The notes beneath the pieces are model-generated. The model saw nothing but the letters and a program-made list of their open reading frames with translations. It was not told the DNA's origin and searched no databases. Positions 21,543 through 30,393 of a stretch of DNA of 64,000 bases are shown here, piece after piece (the stretch's first letter is position 1; each line of letters starts with the position of its first letter). The position numbers and the translations under genes are program-made. Source of the DNA: Pseudomonadota bacterium (GTDB taxonomy: Bacteria; UBA10199; 2-02-FULL-44-16; JAAZCA01). The stretch covers positions 34,122-98,121 of the forward strand of contig JAZDOG010000100.1 in the NCBI GenBank assembly GCA_043798915.1, read 5' to 3'.

Positions 21543-22313
21543 TCAAACATACCCAAGGATCAGGCCCTTTGCGATGATATGCCACCCGTCCACCAGGACG
21601 AAGAGCAGCAGCTTGAACGGCAGCGAAATCGTGATCGGCGAGATCTGGAACATGCCCAACGACAGCAGGATGTTGGCGATCACGAGATCGATCACGAGGA
21701 ACGGCAAAAAGATGATGAAGCCTATCTGGAAGGCCTCCGAGAGTTCGCTCACGACGAACGCGGGCACGATGTTGATGAAGTCCTGATCGGTGATCTCCGC
21801 CCTGTCTTCGTCCGTGGTCCGGAGTTTCAGCGCCAGGCTGTAGAAGAGGGTGCGCTCGGCCGGGTGCACGTGCTTGAGCAGGAACTTCCTCACCGGCTCC
21901 TTGGCCTCTCCCGCGCCCTTGGCCAGGAGCTGGATGGAGACCTGCGAGAGGAGGGGCTGATTCGTCCCCTGGTTTATCGTCTCGCCGGCGGCGCGGTAGA
22001 CGTCGTAGCCCACCGGGACCATGATGTAGATCGTGAGGATCATCGCCAGCCCCGTGATGACGATGTTGGGAGGAACCTGCTGAGTGCCGATGGCATTCCT
22101 TATGAGAGACAGGACCACCGCGATCTTGACGAACGAGGTGATCATCATGATCAGGATCGGCACCATCGCCAGGACTGCGAGCACTATGAGCAAAACCAGC
22201 GGCTTCGAGATGCCCACGGAACCGGCCTGAGCATACGCAACCCCGGACAGCCCCAAACCCGCGAGCGACGTCAGGGAGCAAATCACCAGTTTCTTTTTCT
22301 TGTTCGCTTTCAT
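21543..22313 (-). CDS. sctR: T3SS export apparatus SctR (FliP family)
   Basis: TSFVKIAVVLSLIRNAIGTQQVPPN; PFKLLLFVLVDGW. Confidence 0.96.
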   Translation of the reverse strand: MKANKKKKLVICSLTSLAGLGLSGVAYAQAGSVGISKPLVLLIVLAVLAMVPILIMMITSFVKIAVVLSLIRNAIGTQQVPPNIVITGLAMILTIYIMVPVGYDVYRAAGETINQGTNQPLLSQVSIQLLAKGAGEAKEPVRKFLLKHVHPAERTLFYSLALKLRTTDEDRAEITDQDFINIVPAFVVSELSEAFQIGFIIFLPFLVIDLVIANILLSLGMFQISPITISLPFKLLLFVLVDGWHIIAKGLILGYV

Positions 22314-22663
22314 CGAGCGTTAATCGGATTGCCGTTTTTGGCCTCCGACTCGGAAATCTCAGCGACGAGGCTTATACCATGATCCGCAACTCCTATCACC
22401 AAATATCTTCCGCCAACCTGAACCAGGTAGAGCGACTTCCTCGGCTCCAGCATGTGGCGCCCGAGAATATTGAAATAGCGCCCCTGCTGGAAGCGCTTCA
22501 TGGCGCCGATGCGCGGCGCGGCGTACTTGAGGATCAGGATTGCAGAGACGCTAACGATCCCGAGGACGAGGAGCATCTTGATGAAGAGCCACGTGAAATC
22601 CACGGCGTTCGAGCCGGTCGGCTCCACCGTAGGAATTTGAGCCAGCATCAAAGCTATATTCAT
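22310..22663 (-). CDS. fliO: FliO-like protein
   Basis: One TM helix then LEPRKSLYLVQVGGRYLVIGV; directly upstream of sctR. Confidence 0.85.
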   Translation of the reverse strand: MNIALMLAQIPTVEPTGSNAVDFTWLFIKMLLVLGIVSVSAILILKYAAPRIGAMKRFQQGRYFNILGRHMLEPRKSLYLVQVGGRYLVIGVADHGISLVAEISESEAKNGNPINAR

Positions 22664-22685
22664 CGGTTATCTCACATGGCACAGC

Positions 22686-22750
22686 TGTCATTCCCGCGAA
22701 AGCGGGAATCCCGTGGATACAATGGGATTCCTGCTTTCGCAGGAATGACA
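22686..22750. repeat. REP-like palindrome doublet, family B (GTCATTCCCGCGAAAGCGGGAATCC)
   Basis: Inverted pair of hairpins; related copy at 53615-53672. Confidence 0.8.
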
Positions 22751-22780
22751 AAATACGTGCCCATTATTGGTTAAAGATCA

Positions 22781-23263
22781 TTAACGCACCATTTTGAGAA
22801 TGCGCACGCCCATCTTCCCTTCCATCTCGACTAACTCGCCGCGGGCGATAAGCCTGCCGTTTGCGACGAGATCGACGGTCTCCCCGGGCGCCCGCCCCAG
22901 GTCGACGACCTGGCCCACGCGATATTTGATGAGCGCGCCCACATCGGTCGTCATCTTGCCGATCACCGCCACGAGGTTCACTGGAACATCGGGGGCGAGT
23001 TCGGCGAGCTCGTCTGCAAGCGTGCGCGCGGCGGTTGTGCCATCGGATACCGGCGGCTGCGCGCGGACCTCCGGCGAAAGGCCGGAGATCGGCTCGTCCA
23101 TGCCAGTCATTTCCTCATTCTCACCCACTATCGTATTCCCGGGGAGAAGGCCCTCCTCCTCATGTGCCGGGGCAGGGAGGCTCGCGTCCTCTTCCATTTC
23201 CTCAAAGGCCTCGAAGTCCTGGCTTTCGAGCGTTTCCGATGTCTTCTCGTTGCTCTTCTTCAT
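22781..23263 (-). CDS. FliN/SctQ-C (SpoA-domain) protein
   Basis: DVPVNL...VDLVANGRLIARGELVEMEGKMGVRI; acidic N-terminus. Confidence 0.88.
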   Translation of the reverse strand: MKKSNEKTSETLESQDFEAFEEMEEDASLPAPAHEEEGLLPGNTIVGENEEMTGMDEPISGLSPEVRAQPPVSDGTTAARTLADELAELAPDVPVNLVAVIGKMTTDVGALIKYRVGQVVDLGRAPGETVDLVANGRLIARGELVEMEGKMGVRILKMVR

Positions 23264-23264
23264 G

Positions 23265-24191
23265 TCAATCTCCCTTATGGATGCCGGATATGCTGCAGAG
23301 GACGCGCTTATCGTCGACTGCCACTTGAGCATCGATGCCGCCGTGCAGGCCGTCGCCCACCCTGAGGACCACCGAACCCGACGGGCGGCCGTCCTCGAAC
23401 ACCATGGAGCTTTGATCGAAGATGATCACGTCCCCGTCCTCAAGCTCGGCCAGGTCAGATGCGGCAAGCGTCGTCCTGCCGGCCTCCGCCCACAGCGGCG
23501 AGCGGATGTAGCCGAAACGGGCAAGCTGCCCCGCCCTCCAGTCGCGCTCTCCCTTTCTGATCTCGCCCGGAGCCTCCACGCAGAGCATCCCCTCTTCGAC
23601 GAACGGATCCGGAAGCGCGAGCCTCACGAAACCGGAATGCGACCCCAGCGCGACGCGGAAGGTGAGGACCGCTACGCCGTCCTCCGCCCCGGCCAGATCG
23701 CGCATCTCGTGCGGCCCGAAGGCGAAGCGATCGAAGCGGAAATGGACGCGCGCGTCCTTCCCGCAGAGCCTGTGGATGTGCGCCATGATCTGGAGGATCA
23801 GATATTCAAGCACCCCCTGCTCCGTGTCCGAGAGGACGCGCGGCTCAGGATAAGTCTCCGTCCGGCCGCCCAGGAGCCGCTCCACGGCAAGCTGGGCCAG
23901 CGGCGAATCGATCTCCACGATCGCCCCGCGCGAGAGTGGGGCAAGCCCCACGACCGCCATGACCGCCGGCTGCGGTATCTTCGACAGGAATGAAGAATAG
24001 GTCTCCTGGTGAACCGCCGATAGCTGAAACGAGAATTCCTCGCCGACGTGCCGCGCTATGGCCTCGCCGACGCCCTTGGCAAAACCCTCGCGGAGACCAG
24101 TGGCCGGCAGATATTCGTGGACGGCGCGCAACAGTTCCTGTTCGCGCCTGGAAACTTTCTTGAGCCTGAAATGGAAAGGTTTGGTGGCCAT
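23265..24191 (-). CDS. sctQ: FliM-like/SctQ C-ring protein
   Basis: LAVERLLGG...LSDTEQGVL FliM-type middle domain plus C-terminal SpoA-like region. Confidence 0.75.
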   Translation of the reverse strand: MATKPFHFRLKKVSRREQELLRAVHEYLPATGLREGFAKGVGEAIARHVGEEFSFQLSAVHQETYSSFLSKIPQPAVMAVVGLAPLSRGAIVEIDSPLAQLAVERLLGGRTETYPEPRVLSDTEQGVLEYLILQIMAHIHRLCGKDARVHFRFDRFAFGPHEMRDLAGAEDGVAVLTFRVALGSHSGFVRLALPDPFVEEGMLCVEAPGEIRKGERDWRAGQLARFGYIRSPLWAEAGRTTLAASDLAELEDGDVIIFDQSSMVFEDGRPSGSVVLRVGDGLHGGIDAQVAVDDKRVLCSISGIHKGD

Positions 24192-24221
24192 GTCGTATCG
24201 CGTGATGCGTGACGGAATATA

Positions 24222-25001
24222 TCAGCTTACGATGATCTCATCAACCTCAATGCCCTTCTTCTGAAGGGCGTCACGGATCGCCCCGGCGTTCTTCTCGAAC
24301 ACCGCGCGGCCCTTCTTGTCGGCGGTCCTGAAGTGGACGCTGACCTTGCCGTCGCGCGAGGTGACGCGAAGCTTCAAGCCCCTGAACACGTTCTCGTGCA
24401 GGTCCATCTGCATCTCTTTCTCGCCCTTGCGGTTGATGCCGATGCGCACGTACTGGACTATCTTGTTGAGGATCTGCTGGGTGATCGCCGGCTGATGCGC
24501 AGCATCGGCGCCCTTGAGCGACGACTCGAGCTTGGCCGCGAACTTCCCCTGCAGGTCGACCGGGACCGACTTCGCGGCGGACCTGGAGAGCGCCCGGGAG
24601 AGTTCCCGCCTGCCGGCTGTGCCGTAGCCCCCTTGGCGGGAGCCATCCGAACCGCCATGCTGCTTCGTCTGCGCCTTGGACATCACCTTATGGCCGGCAA
24701 ATCTGGCCTCCGCGCGCTCACCCTTCTGGCGCGAATCCCTGCGCCCCTTGCCGTCATCCTCATCGCGCCGGCGATCCTCGCCATGGCGTTCATCGTGCCT
24801 GGCCGCCTCCCGGATCGCCTCCTCGGTGACGGTCTTCGACTGGGGCTGGGTGGTCTGTGTCGGATTCGATGCCAGTCGGCTCCGCTCGAGGATCTTGTTG
24901 AAATCGGCATCCTTGGGGGGAGTGCGCACCGGCTCCTTCGACATATCGCGAAGCCTGTCCTCGCGCGCCATATCAACTTTTTTGGTATCGTCGATGGTCA
25001 T
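24222..25001 (-). CDS. sctP: SctP/FliK-like length-control protein
   Basis: Disordered N-terminus, C-terminal FliK-like domain ending IRDALQKKGIEVDEI; position after sctO. Confidence 0.7.
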   Translation of the reverse strand: MTIDDTKKVDMAREDRLRDMSKEPVRTPPKDADFNKILERSRLASNPTQTTQPQSKTVTEEAIREAARHDERHGEDRRRDEDDGKGRRDSRQKGERAEARFAGHKVMSKAQTKQHGGSDGSRQGGYGTAGRRELSRALSRSAAKSVPVDLQGKFAAKLESSLKGADAAHQPAITQQILNKIVQYVRIGINRKGEKEMQMDLHENVFRGLKLRVTSRDGKVSVHFRTADKKGRAVFEKNAGAIRDALQKKGIEVDEIIVS

Positions 25002-25013
25002 GGACGCCTCACT

Positions 25014-25544
25014 TTACCTCTCAAACACCGACTTCTCCCCCCGCCACCTTCTGAGCTGATGGATCGTCCCGCCGAGTTCGTCCATCTCGCGCTCCTCGCG
25101 GCGGTTCAACTCGCCCTGTATCTTCTTTTCCCAGAGCTGCTTGTGCTTCTCCATTATCTGGAGCGCCTTTGCGGCGTCGATATAGGCTCGGCGGGCGCGG
25201 GCCACTTCCTCCGTGCAATCCTCGATCACCTGTTTCTGATCCTCTATCTCCTCTTTCTTGGCCTCTTCGTCATCCTTGAGGCTCCTCAAGAAATTCACAT
25301 GGACATTGCCCTCTCCGACGTGAGCGCCGCGGGCCATTTTCCCCTTCATCTCGGTCCGGGCCTTCTTCCAGCGCTCCACGATCCGATCCTTTTCCTCCTC
25401 CAGCTCCTTCAGTCGGTCCTTCGCCTTTTTGAGGGCGATGAGGGCGCGGGCGAGCACGGACTCGGCCCGCTTCTTCATCTGGGTCTTGATGGTCAAGAGC
25501 GCCTGCAGCCTGTATCTTTGCTTCGCCATAGTCACATCACTCAA
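25014..25544 (-). CDS. sctO: SctO/FliJ stalk protein
   Basis: YRLQALL, long coiled coil, EEREMDE; follows sctN. Confidence 0.85.
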   Translation of the reverse strand: MSDVTMAKQRYRLQALLTIKTQMKKRAESVLARALIALKKAKDRLKELEEEKDRIVERWKKARTEMKGKMARGAHVGEGNVHVNFLRSLKDDEEAKKEEIEDQKQVIEDCTEEVARARRAYIDAAKALQIMEKHKQLWEKKIQGELNRREEREMDELGGTIHQLRRWRGEKSVFER

Positions 25545-26868
25545 ATATCCCCTTCAGCATCGCTATCGAGTCTTCGATGGACACGGGCTCGTCGACGCTC
25601 TGTTTGAGGAAGTTATTCACCTCCTCGATCTTTTCGATGGCGTAGTCGACCTTTGGGTCGCTCCCCTCTTCATACGCGCCGATGAGGATCAGGTCGCGCT
25701 CCTTCTCGTAGTTTGCCACGACCTCGCGGAGCTTGCGCGCGGCGTCGCGGTGGTCCTCATCCACGATCGAGTCCATGACGCGGCTGATGCTCTCGGAGAC
25801 GTCGATCGCCGGATAGTGGCTGCGCGCCGCAAGCGCCCTGGAGAGGATGACGTGCCCGTCGAGTATCGAGCGCGTCTCGTCGGCCACCGGCTCGTTCATG
25901 TCGTCGCCCGCGACGAGTATCGTGTAAAACGCGGTGATTGAACCCTTGTCGGAGTTGCCGGATCTCTCGAGGAGCCTCGGGAGCGTGGAAAAGACCGACG
26001 GCGTGTAGCCCTGCCTCGCCGGCGGCTCGCCAACCGCAAGCCCCACCTCGCGCAAGGCCCTCGCAAAGCGCGTGATCGAATCCATCATGAGCATCACTTT
26101 TCTGCCCTGATCGCGGTAGTACTCGGCGATCGCCGTCGCCACATACGCCGCCTTGAGCCTGACGAGCGAGGGCTGGTCTGAGGTCGAGACGATGACGACG
26201 GAGCGGGCAAGCCCCTCTTCGCCGAGATCCTGTTCGATGAAGTCGCGCACCTCGCGGCCTCGCTCTCCCACGAGGCAGATGACGTTGATGTCGGCCTCCG
26301 TGAAGCGGGCGATCATGCCGATGAGCGTGGACTTGCCCACACCCGCTGCCGCGAAAAAACCGACGCGCTGACCTTCGCCCACGGTGAGCACCGCGTCGAT
26401 CGCCTTGATGCCGACCGATATCGGCTTTGTCACGCGCTCCCTCTTCATCGCCTCCGGCGGATTGGCCGTGACAGGATATTCCGCTGAAAACTCGAGAGGC
26501 CCCTTCTCGTCGATGGGGTCGCCCAGACCGTCTAGTATCCTGCCCAGGAGCCCGTCCCCCACGCGCACGGTGAGCGTGTGGCCCGTAGGAATCACGTCGT
26601 TGCCAAGGCCAATCCCCTCGAGTTCACCCAGGGGCATCAGCAACACTTCCTGGTCGCGGAACCCCACGACCTCCGACTTGATGGGCGTGCGGCCGTGATG
26701 CGGGATGATGAAGCAGAGCTCGCCGATGCGGACGCCGGGCACGACTGCGCGCACGACGATGCCCGTGAGTTCCGTCACCTTTCCCTTGATGTTGTAGGTC
26801 GATACCGCCGAGAGGAGATGGTGGTATTTGTGAAAGTCGACAACCGGCAGGTCGCCCTTTTTATCCAT
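25537..26868 (-). CDS. sctN: T3SS ATPase SctN
   Basis: AAAGVGKST, GERGREV, DSITRFARA, LERSG, ILDGH. Confidence 0.97.
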   Translation of the reverse strand: MDKKGDLPVVDFHKYHHLLSAVSTYNIKGKVTELTGIVVRAVVPGVRIGELCFIIPHHGRTPIKSEVVGFRDQEVLLMPLGELEGIGLGNDVIPTGHTLTVRVGDGLLGRILDGLGDPIDEKGPLEFSAEYPVTANPPEAMKRERVTKPISVGIKAIDAVLTVGEGQRVGFFAAAGVGKSTLIGMIARFTEADINVICLVGERGREVRDFIEQDLGEEGLARSVVIVSTSDQPSLVRLKAAYVATAIAEYYRDQGRKVMLMMDSITRFARALREVGLAVGEPPARQGYTPSVFSTLPRLLERSGNSDKGSITAFYTILVAGDDMNEPVADETRSILDGHVILSRALAARSHYPAIDVSESISRVMDSIVDEDHRDAARKLREVVANYEKERDLILIGAYEEGSDPKVDYAIEKIEEVNNFLKQSVDEPVSIEDSIAMLKGIFE

Positions 26869-27535
26869 TATTCACCCCGAGCGCTTTTCTGATCGCTGCC
26901 AATTGCGTCTCGATCTGCGCGTCGATCGTTCCGACCTCCGTCTCCACGACGCAGCCCCCTTTGGCAATCGCCCCGTCCTCACGGAAGAGCAGGCGGCGGG
27001 TTTTGTCCAGGAGATCGCGGAACTCATGCTCGCCTGACATCATCGACTTGTAGTCTTCGGGATTGAGCTTCACGGTGATGCGGTCCCCCAGCGCTTTTTC
27101 GAGGGCCTGATGCACCACGCCCTTTATGAGCTCCGGATTTTCTGCGGCCGCGCGACCTATCACCTTCTCGGCTATCGACATCACGAGCTTTATGACCTCT
27201 GGCTCGGCCTGGTCGTAGAAGTTCCGGCGCAGCTCGTCCAGCATGATCAGCTTCTCGGTCACCTGGGCCAGCCCCTTCGATTCTCCCTCGGCATATCCTT
27301 TGCGGATCGCCTCATCGCGCCCGGATTTTGCATCCTCGAGGACGCGCCTGGCCTCATCGCGTATGCGCCCGGCCTCCTCTTCGGCGGCGACGAGTATCTT
27401 GTCCGCCTGGCCCTGCGCATCCATCACGCGCTTGTGGACCACGCCGCCGGAATCGGGGATCGCATCGGCCACATGGCGCGCATGCGCCGCGCCGCCCTTG
27501 TCAGCACCGCCGCCCTTTATTATCTTCGCAGCCAT
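26861..27535 (-). CDS. sctL: SctL/FliH stator
   Basis: GYAEG..KG, GGCVVETEVGTIDA. Confidence 0.92.
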   Translation of the reverse strand: MAAKIIKGGGADKGGAAHARHVADAIPDSGGVVHKRVMDAQGQADKILVAAEEEAGRIRDEARRVLEDAKSGRDEAIRKGYAEGESKGLAQVTEKLIMLDELRRNFYDQAEPEVIKLVMSIAEKVIGRAAAENPELIKGVVHQALEKALGDRITVKLNPEDYKSMMSGEHEFRDLLDKTRRLLFREDGAIAKGGCVVETEVGTIDAQIETQLAAIRKALGVNNG

Positions 27536-27557
27536 CTCGAACTCCTTTGCCTCTTTT

Positions 27558-27594
27558 CCCTCTCCCCTGGTGGGAGAGGGTCAGGGTGAGGGGG
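27558..27594. repeat. REP-like palindrome, family A
   Basis: CCCTCTCCC.CTGGT.GGGAGAGGG.TCAGGGTGAGGGG. Confidence 0.7.
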
Positions 27595-27628
27595 AATTTC
27601 TATCTGTGTTTGTAGCACACGGCGGGCA

Positions 27629-28696
27629 TTATGCCAACTGTTGGACGCTGGACAGGCTGGCAGTTATTTCGTCGGAAATCCCCCCGGAAGCCGGCTCCCC
27701 AGAGTCTGGAGAAGGTGTTTCAGAGGTAAAAAAGCGGCCCCATGAGGGGTCTATGCGGCCATCCTCAGCGAGCGACGCCACGATCCAGAGGATCATGTCC
27801 CTGCGCTCGGCCGCGAGGGCGCGGCGAGGGCAGATCCGGCGCTCGTCTATGAACCTCTTCAGGAGATAGCCATCCGAGGGATCGAGCCTCTGCTGCAGGA
27901 GCCTCACGAGCCTTGTGTGCTCATCGCCGAGCGCGCTGGCGAGGGCCGCAAGCCCGAACCTCATCAGCATTCCGTCGGGGCCGACGCGCCTGCCCTCAAC
28001 CTCGAGGACTGTGAAGCGCGCCTGCCGCACGAGTTCTGGCGAGATGCCCCGCATATCCCTCATCCGGCCCTGAAGGCGCTTCGCATCCTTGAGCTCCAGG
28101 CGGTTCAGCACCACGTGCAACACCTTGCCCGCCATGCCGGTGAGGGCAATGCCGAGCTCCGTAAGGCCTGCCTCGCGGATGACCTCCTCGAGGTCCTCCC
28201 CCTTGAGATAGTAGAGCTTCGAAAAATCGAATTTACCGATGGCGCGCGATACGGGCATCGGCAGAAAGTGGCGCTCGAAACGGCGGCGTATCACCTCGAG
28301 GACCGGGGCCGCCACGGCGAACGATTCGACCATATTCGGGAGCTGGGCCCGAAGCATCGGCGGCATGTTCTTCAAGATGTAGCGCACGTGCTGCGACGGA
28401 AGCGAGCGGAGTATAATGCCGATCACCCTCGGCGGCTCTTCGCAGAGGCGCTCGAGTATCCAGGCCGGATGCACCTCGGCGAGACTCGAAAAGCGTTCGG
28501 CGGCGACCGCCTGCCTGATGAGCTGCTGCGCCCTGTTCTCGCGATCGGCCCCTTCCGAATATAGCGCGATGAGATCCCCGCAGACGCCGCGGTTGGAATC
28601 AGACATGTAGTCGGCGATCTCCGCGGCATCCGCACCGCCGTGGAGCACAGCCATCGCCGCCAGAACCCGCTGTCTGTTGCTCAAGTGGCTATCCAT
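27629..28696 (-). CDS. FliG-like/SctK-position protein
   Basis: EEPPRVIGIILRSLP resembles FliG-M EHPQxxAxILSxL; lies just upstream of sctL. Confidence 0.6.
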   Translation of the reverse strand: MDSHLSNRQRVLAAMAVLHGGADAAEIADYMSDSNRGVCGDLIALYSEGADRENRAQQLIRQAVAAERFSSLAEVHPAWILERLCEEPPRVIGIILRSLPSQHVRYILKNMPPMLRAQLPNMVESFAVAAPVLEVIRRRFERHFLPMPVSRAIGKFDFSKLYYLKGEDLEEVIREAGLTELGIALTGMAGKVLHVVLNRLELKDAKRLQGRMRDMRGISPELVRQARFTVLEVEGRRVGPDGMLMRFGLAALASALGDEHTRLVRLLQQRLDPSDGYLLKRFIDERRICPRRALAAERRDMILWIVASLAEDGRIDPSWGRFFTSETPSPDSGEPASGGISDEITASLSSVQQLA

Positions 28697-28715
28697 AAAC
28701 TCCTTGTGCCTTTAT

Positions 28716-29210
28716 TTACTGCACCTGCGTGTTGAGCACATTCTTCACCGAAGAGACTGCATTTTCAGTGACCTTCACCGTGAGCTCCGTCATCTGGGAA
28801 AAATGGAAGACGTGCGCCTGGATGACGAGCAGCTCCTGGTTGGAGAATTTCTTTCCGCTGTAGAGGACGTGATTGACGAGGCTGTCCATCTGCATCTGAC
28901 CCTTGTTGACCTCGCCCAGCATGTCCAGCACCTTCTCTGATGCTGCCGGCTTCGAGAGGTCGGTCGCGTCCGTCGCGGGCGTGAAATCGACGCCGTCACC
29001 GCCCAAGGACTCGACGCTGGATGTCGGACTGATGTCCTGATTGCCTCCGACTCCCATCGTGTTGGCAAAATCCGCGCCGCTGTCCATCTGCGCGAGCATA
29101 TCCTTGAAATTGGATCCCTGCATCTGCGGCTTCGCCATCTCATCGGACTTGATGGACGCCTTGGCCAGGGCTTCGCTCGAAAGTTTGCTGACTATCGCTT
29201 CGATCGCCAT
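28716..29210 (-). CDS. sctI: SctI/HrpB2-like inner rod protein
   Basis: C-terminal ELLVIQ...ELTVKVTENAVSSVKNVLNTQ. Confidence 0.7.
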   Translation of the reverse strand: MAIEAIVSKLSSEALAKASIKSDEMAKPQMQGSNFKDMLAQMDSGADFANTMGVGGNQDISPTSSVESLGGDGVDFTPATDATDLSKPAASEKVLDMLGEVNKGQMQMDSLVNHVLYSGKKFSNQELLVIQAHVFHFSQMTELTVKVTENAVSSVKNVLNTQVQ

Positions 29211-29213
29211 GAT

Positions 29214-30086
29214 TTACTCCTCGTCTCCCCCTTCGTTTTCCGGCCTTGCTGCCGACCGACCGCGGATGCGCTTGAAGAGCAGCGACAGGGCGCGCGCATG
29301 GAGCCTCGATGTCCACGACTTCGAGAGCCCCAGCTTCGTCCCCACATCCTCGAGCGTCCGATTTTGAAAGTAGTACATCATGATCAGCTGCTTCTCCTTC
29401 TCCGGCAGCGTGCCGATGGCGTCGCGCATGTGGCGCCTGACCTGCATGAACTCGGTGCGCTGCTCGACGTTCGTTGCGTTCGTGTCCTCGACGTCAGAGT
29501 CCTCGGATGCGTCGAGCGAGATGATGTAGATGGATGCCAGGCTGTTGACGGTCTCGGCGATGACGTTCTCGTCACCCTCGAACACGCTGCTCTTGTTGGC
29601 GACCGTCCCGCCGCCATGGAGGGATTTGTTCTGCAGGTACTCGTTCGCGGCCTCATCGAACTTGATCTTCGCGTACAGCGTGCGCGGCAGCCAGCCGCTG
29701 CGGCGCAGGCCGTCGTATATCGCGCCCTTGACCCGGTAGTATGCGAATGTCTTGAAGTCGACGTCCTGGGCCTCGTCGAACCGCTTGGCCGCTTCGAGGA
29801 GCCCAAGCCTCGCGTTGCACAGGACCTCCTCGTAGTCGACGGCTGCTGAAAGGCTCTGGCAGACGCGGTTGGCGATCGAGGCAGCATAGGGCATGTATTG
29901 GTTGATGATATCATCTCGTTTTTTGAGCGCCGCGAACTCCTTCTTCGTTACCTCCCGGCCGCCCGCCTGTCTCTGCCTCGCCGCTTCCGCCGCCTTGCAC
30001 GCCTCTTCCCTGGCCCTCTGGCGCGCGCGCAGCTCGAGTTCCTGACGGGTGGGCTTCCTGAGTGCTTTCGGCGCCGCCTTGAACAT
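29214..30086 (-). CDS. fliA: FliA/WhiG-family (sigma28) RNA polymerase sigma factor
   Basis: GLLEAAKRFD, FKTFAYYRVKGAIYDGLR, region 4 LSKSWTSRLH. Confidence 0.9.
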   Translation of the reverse strand: MFKAAPKALRKPTRQELELRARQRAREEACKAAEAARQRQAGGREVTKKEFAALKKRDDIINQYMPYAASIANRVCQSLSAAVDYEEVLCNARLGLLEAAKRFDEAQDVDFKTFAYYRVKGAIYDGLRRSGWLPRTLYAKIKFDEAANEYLQNKSLHGGGTVANKSSVFEGDENVIAETVNSLASIYIISLDASEDSDVEDTNATNVEQRTEFMQVRRHMRDAIGTLPEKEKQLIMMYYFQNRTLEDVGTKLGLSKSWTSRLHARALSLLFKRIRGRSAARPENEGGDEE

Positions 30087-30149
30087 CTTTCCCCCCTTGA
30101 AAAACCTCCGACTTATAAATGCGTTCAGTGATGCTCCGTCCAATTTGAA

Positions 30150-30165
30150 TGCAGAAAGCGTGCCA
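30150..30165 (-). promoter_or_regulatory. sigma54 promoter of fliA-like/T3SS operon
   Basis: TGGCACGCTTTCTGCA; IHF-like AAACAGTGCGTTA about 30 nt further upstream. Confidence 0.75.
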
Positions 30166-30393
30166 GCCCGGGGGGCTTGAGGGCCTACTTTCCTAACGCA
30201 CTGTTTTTAAGGAGGTTATCGATCGGACAAAGCGTCAGACGGAGCAAATCAAAGGGATCGGGGCAGCCATTTTTGGGGGGAGGAAACCCCAGAATAAAAA
30301 GCCGGCACCCCAATTTCTGGGCTCAAATGAGCGATAGGCATTTCGTGGAGGTAAATATAGATAAAGGGGACATTCCCTTTGTCCTTTTGTTCA

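Noticed and set aside
21538..22281. Long N-terminal extension of the sctS ORF (336 aa in the track)
   Set aside because: Overlaps sctR in another frame; real SctS starts at 21537
20347..30086. Flagellar biosynthesis operon
   Set aside because: No flg rod/hook, flagellin, fliF or mot genes; SctJ lipoprotein, SctI-like gene and SycD chaperones indicate a non-flagellar system
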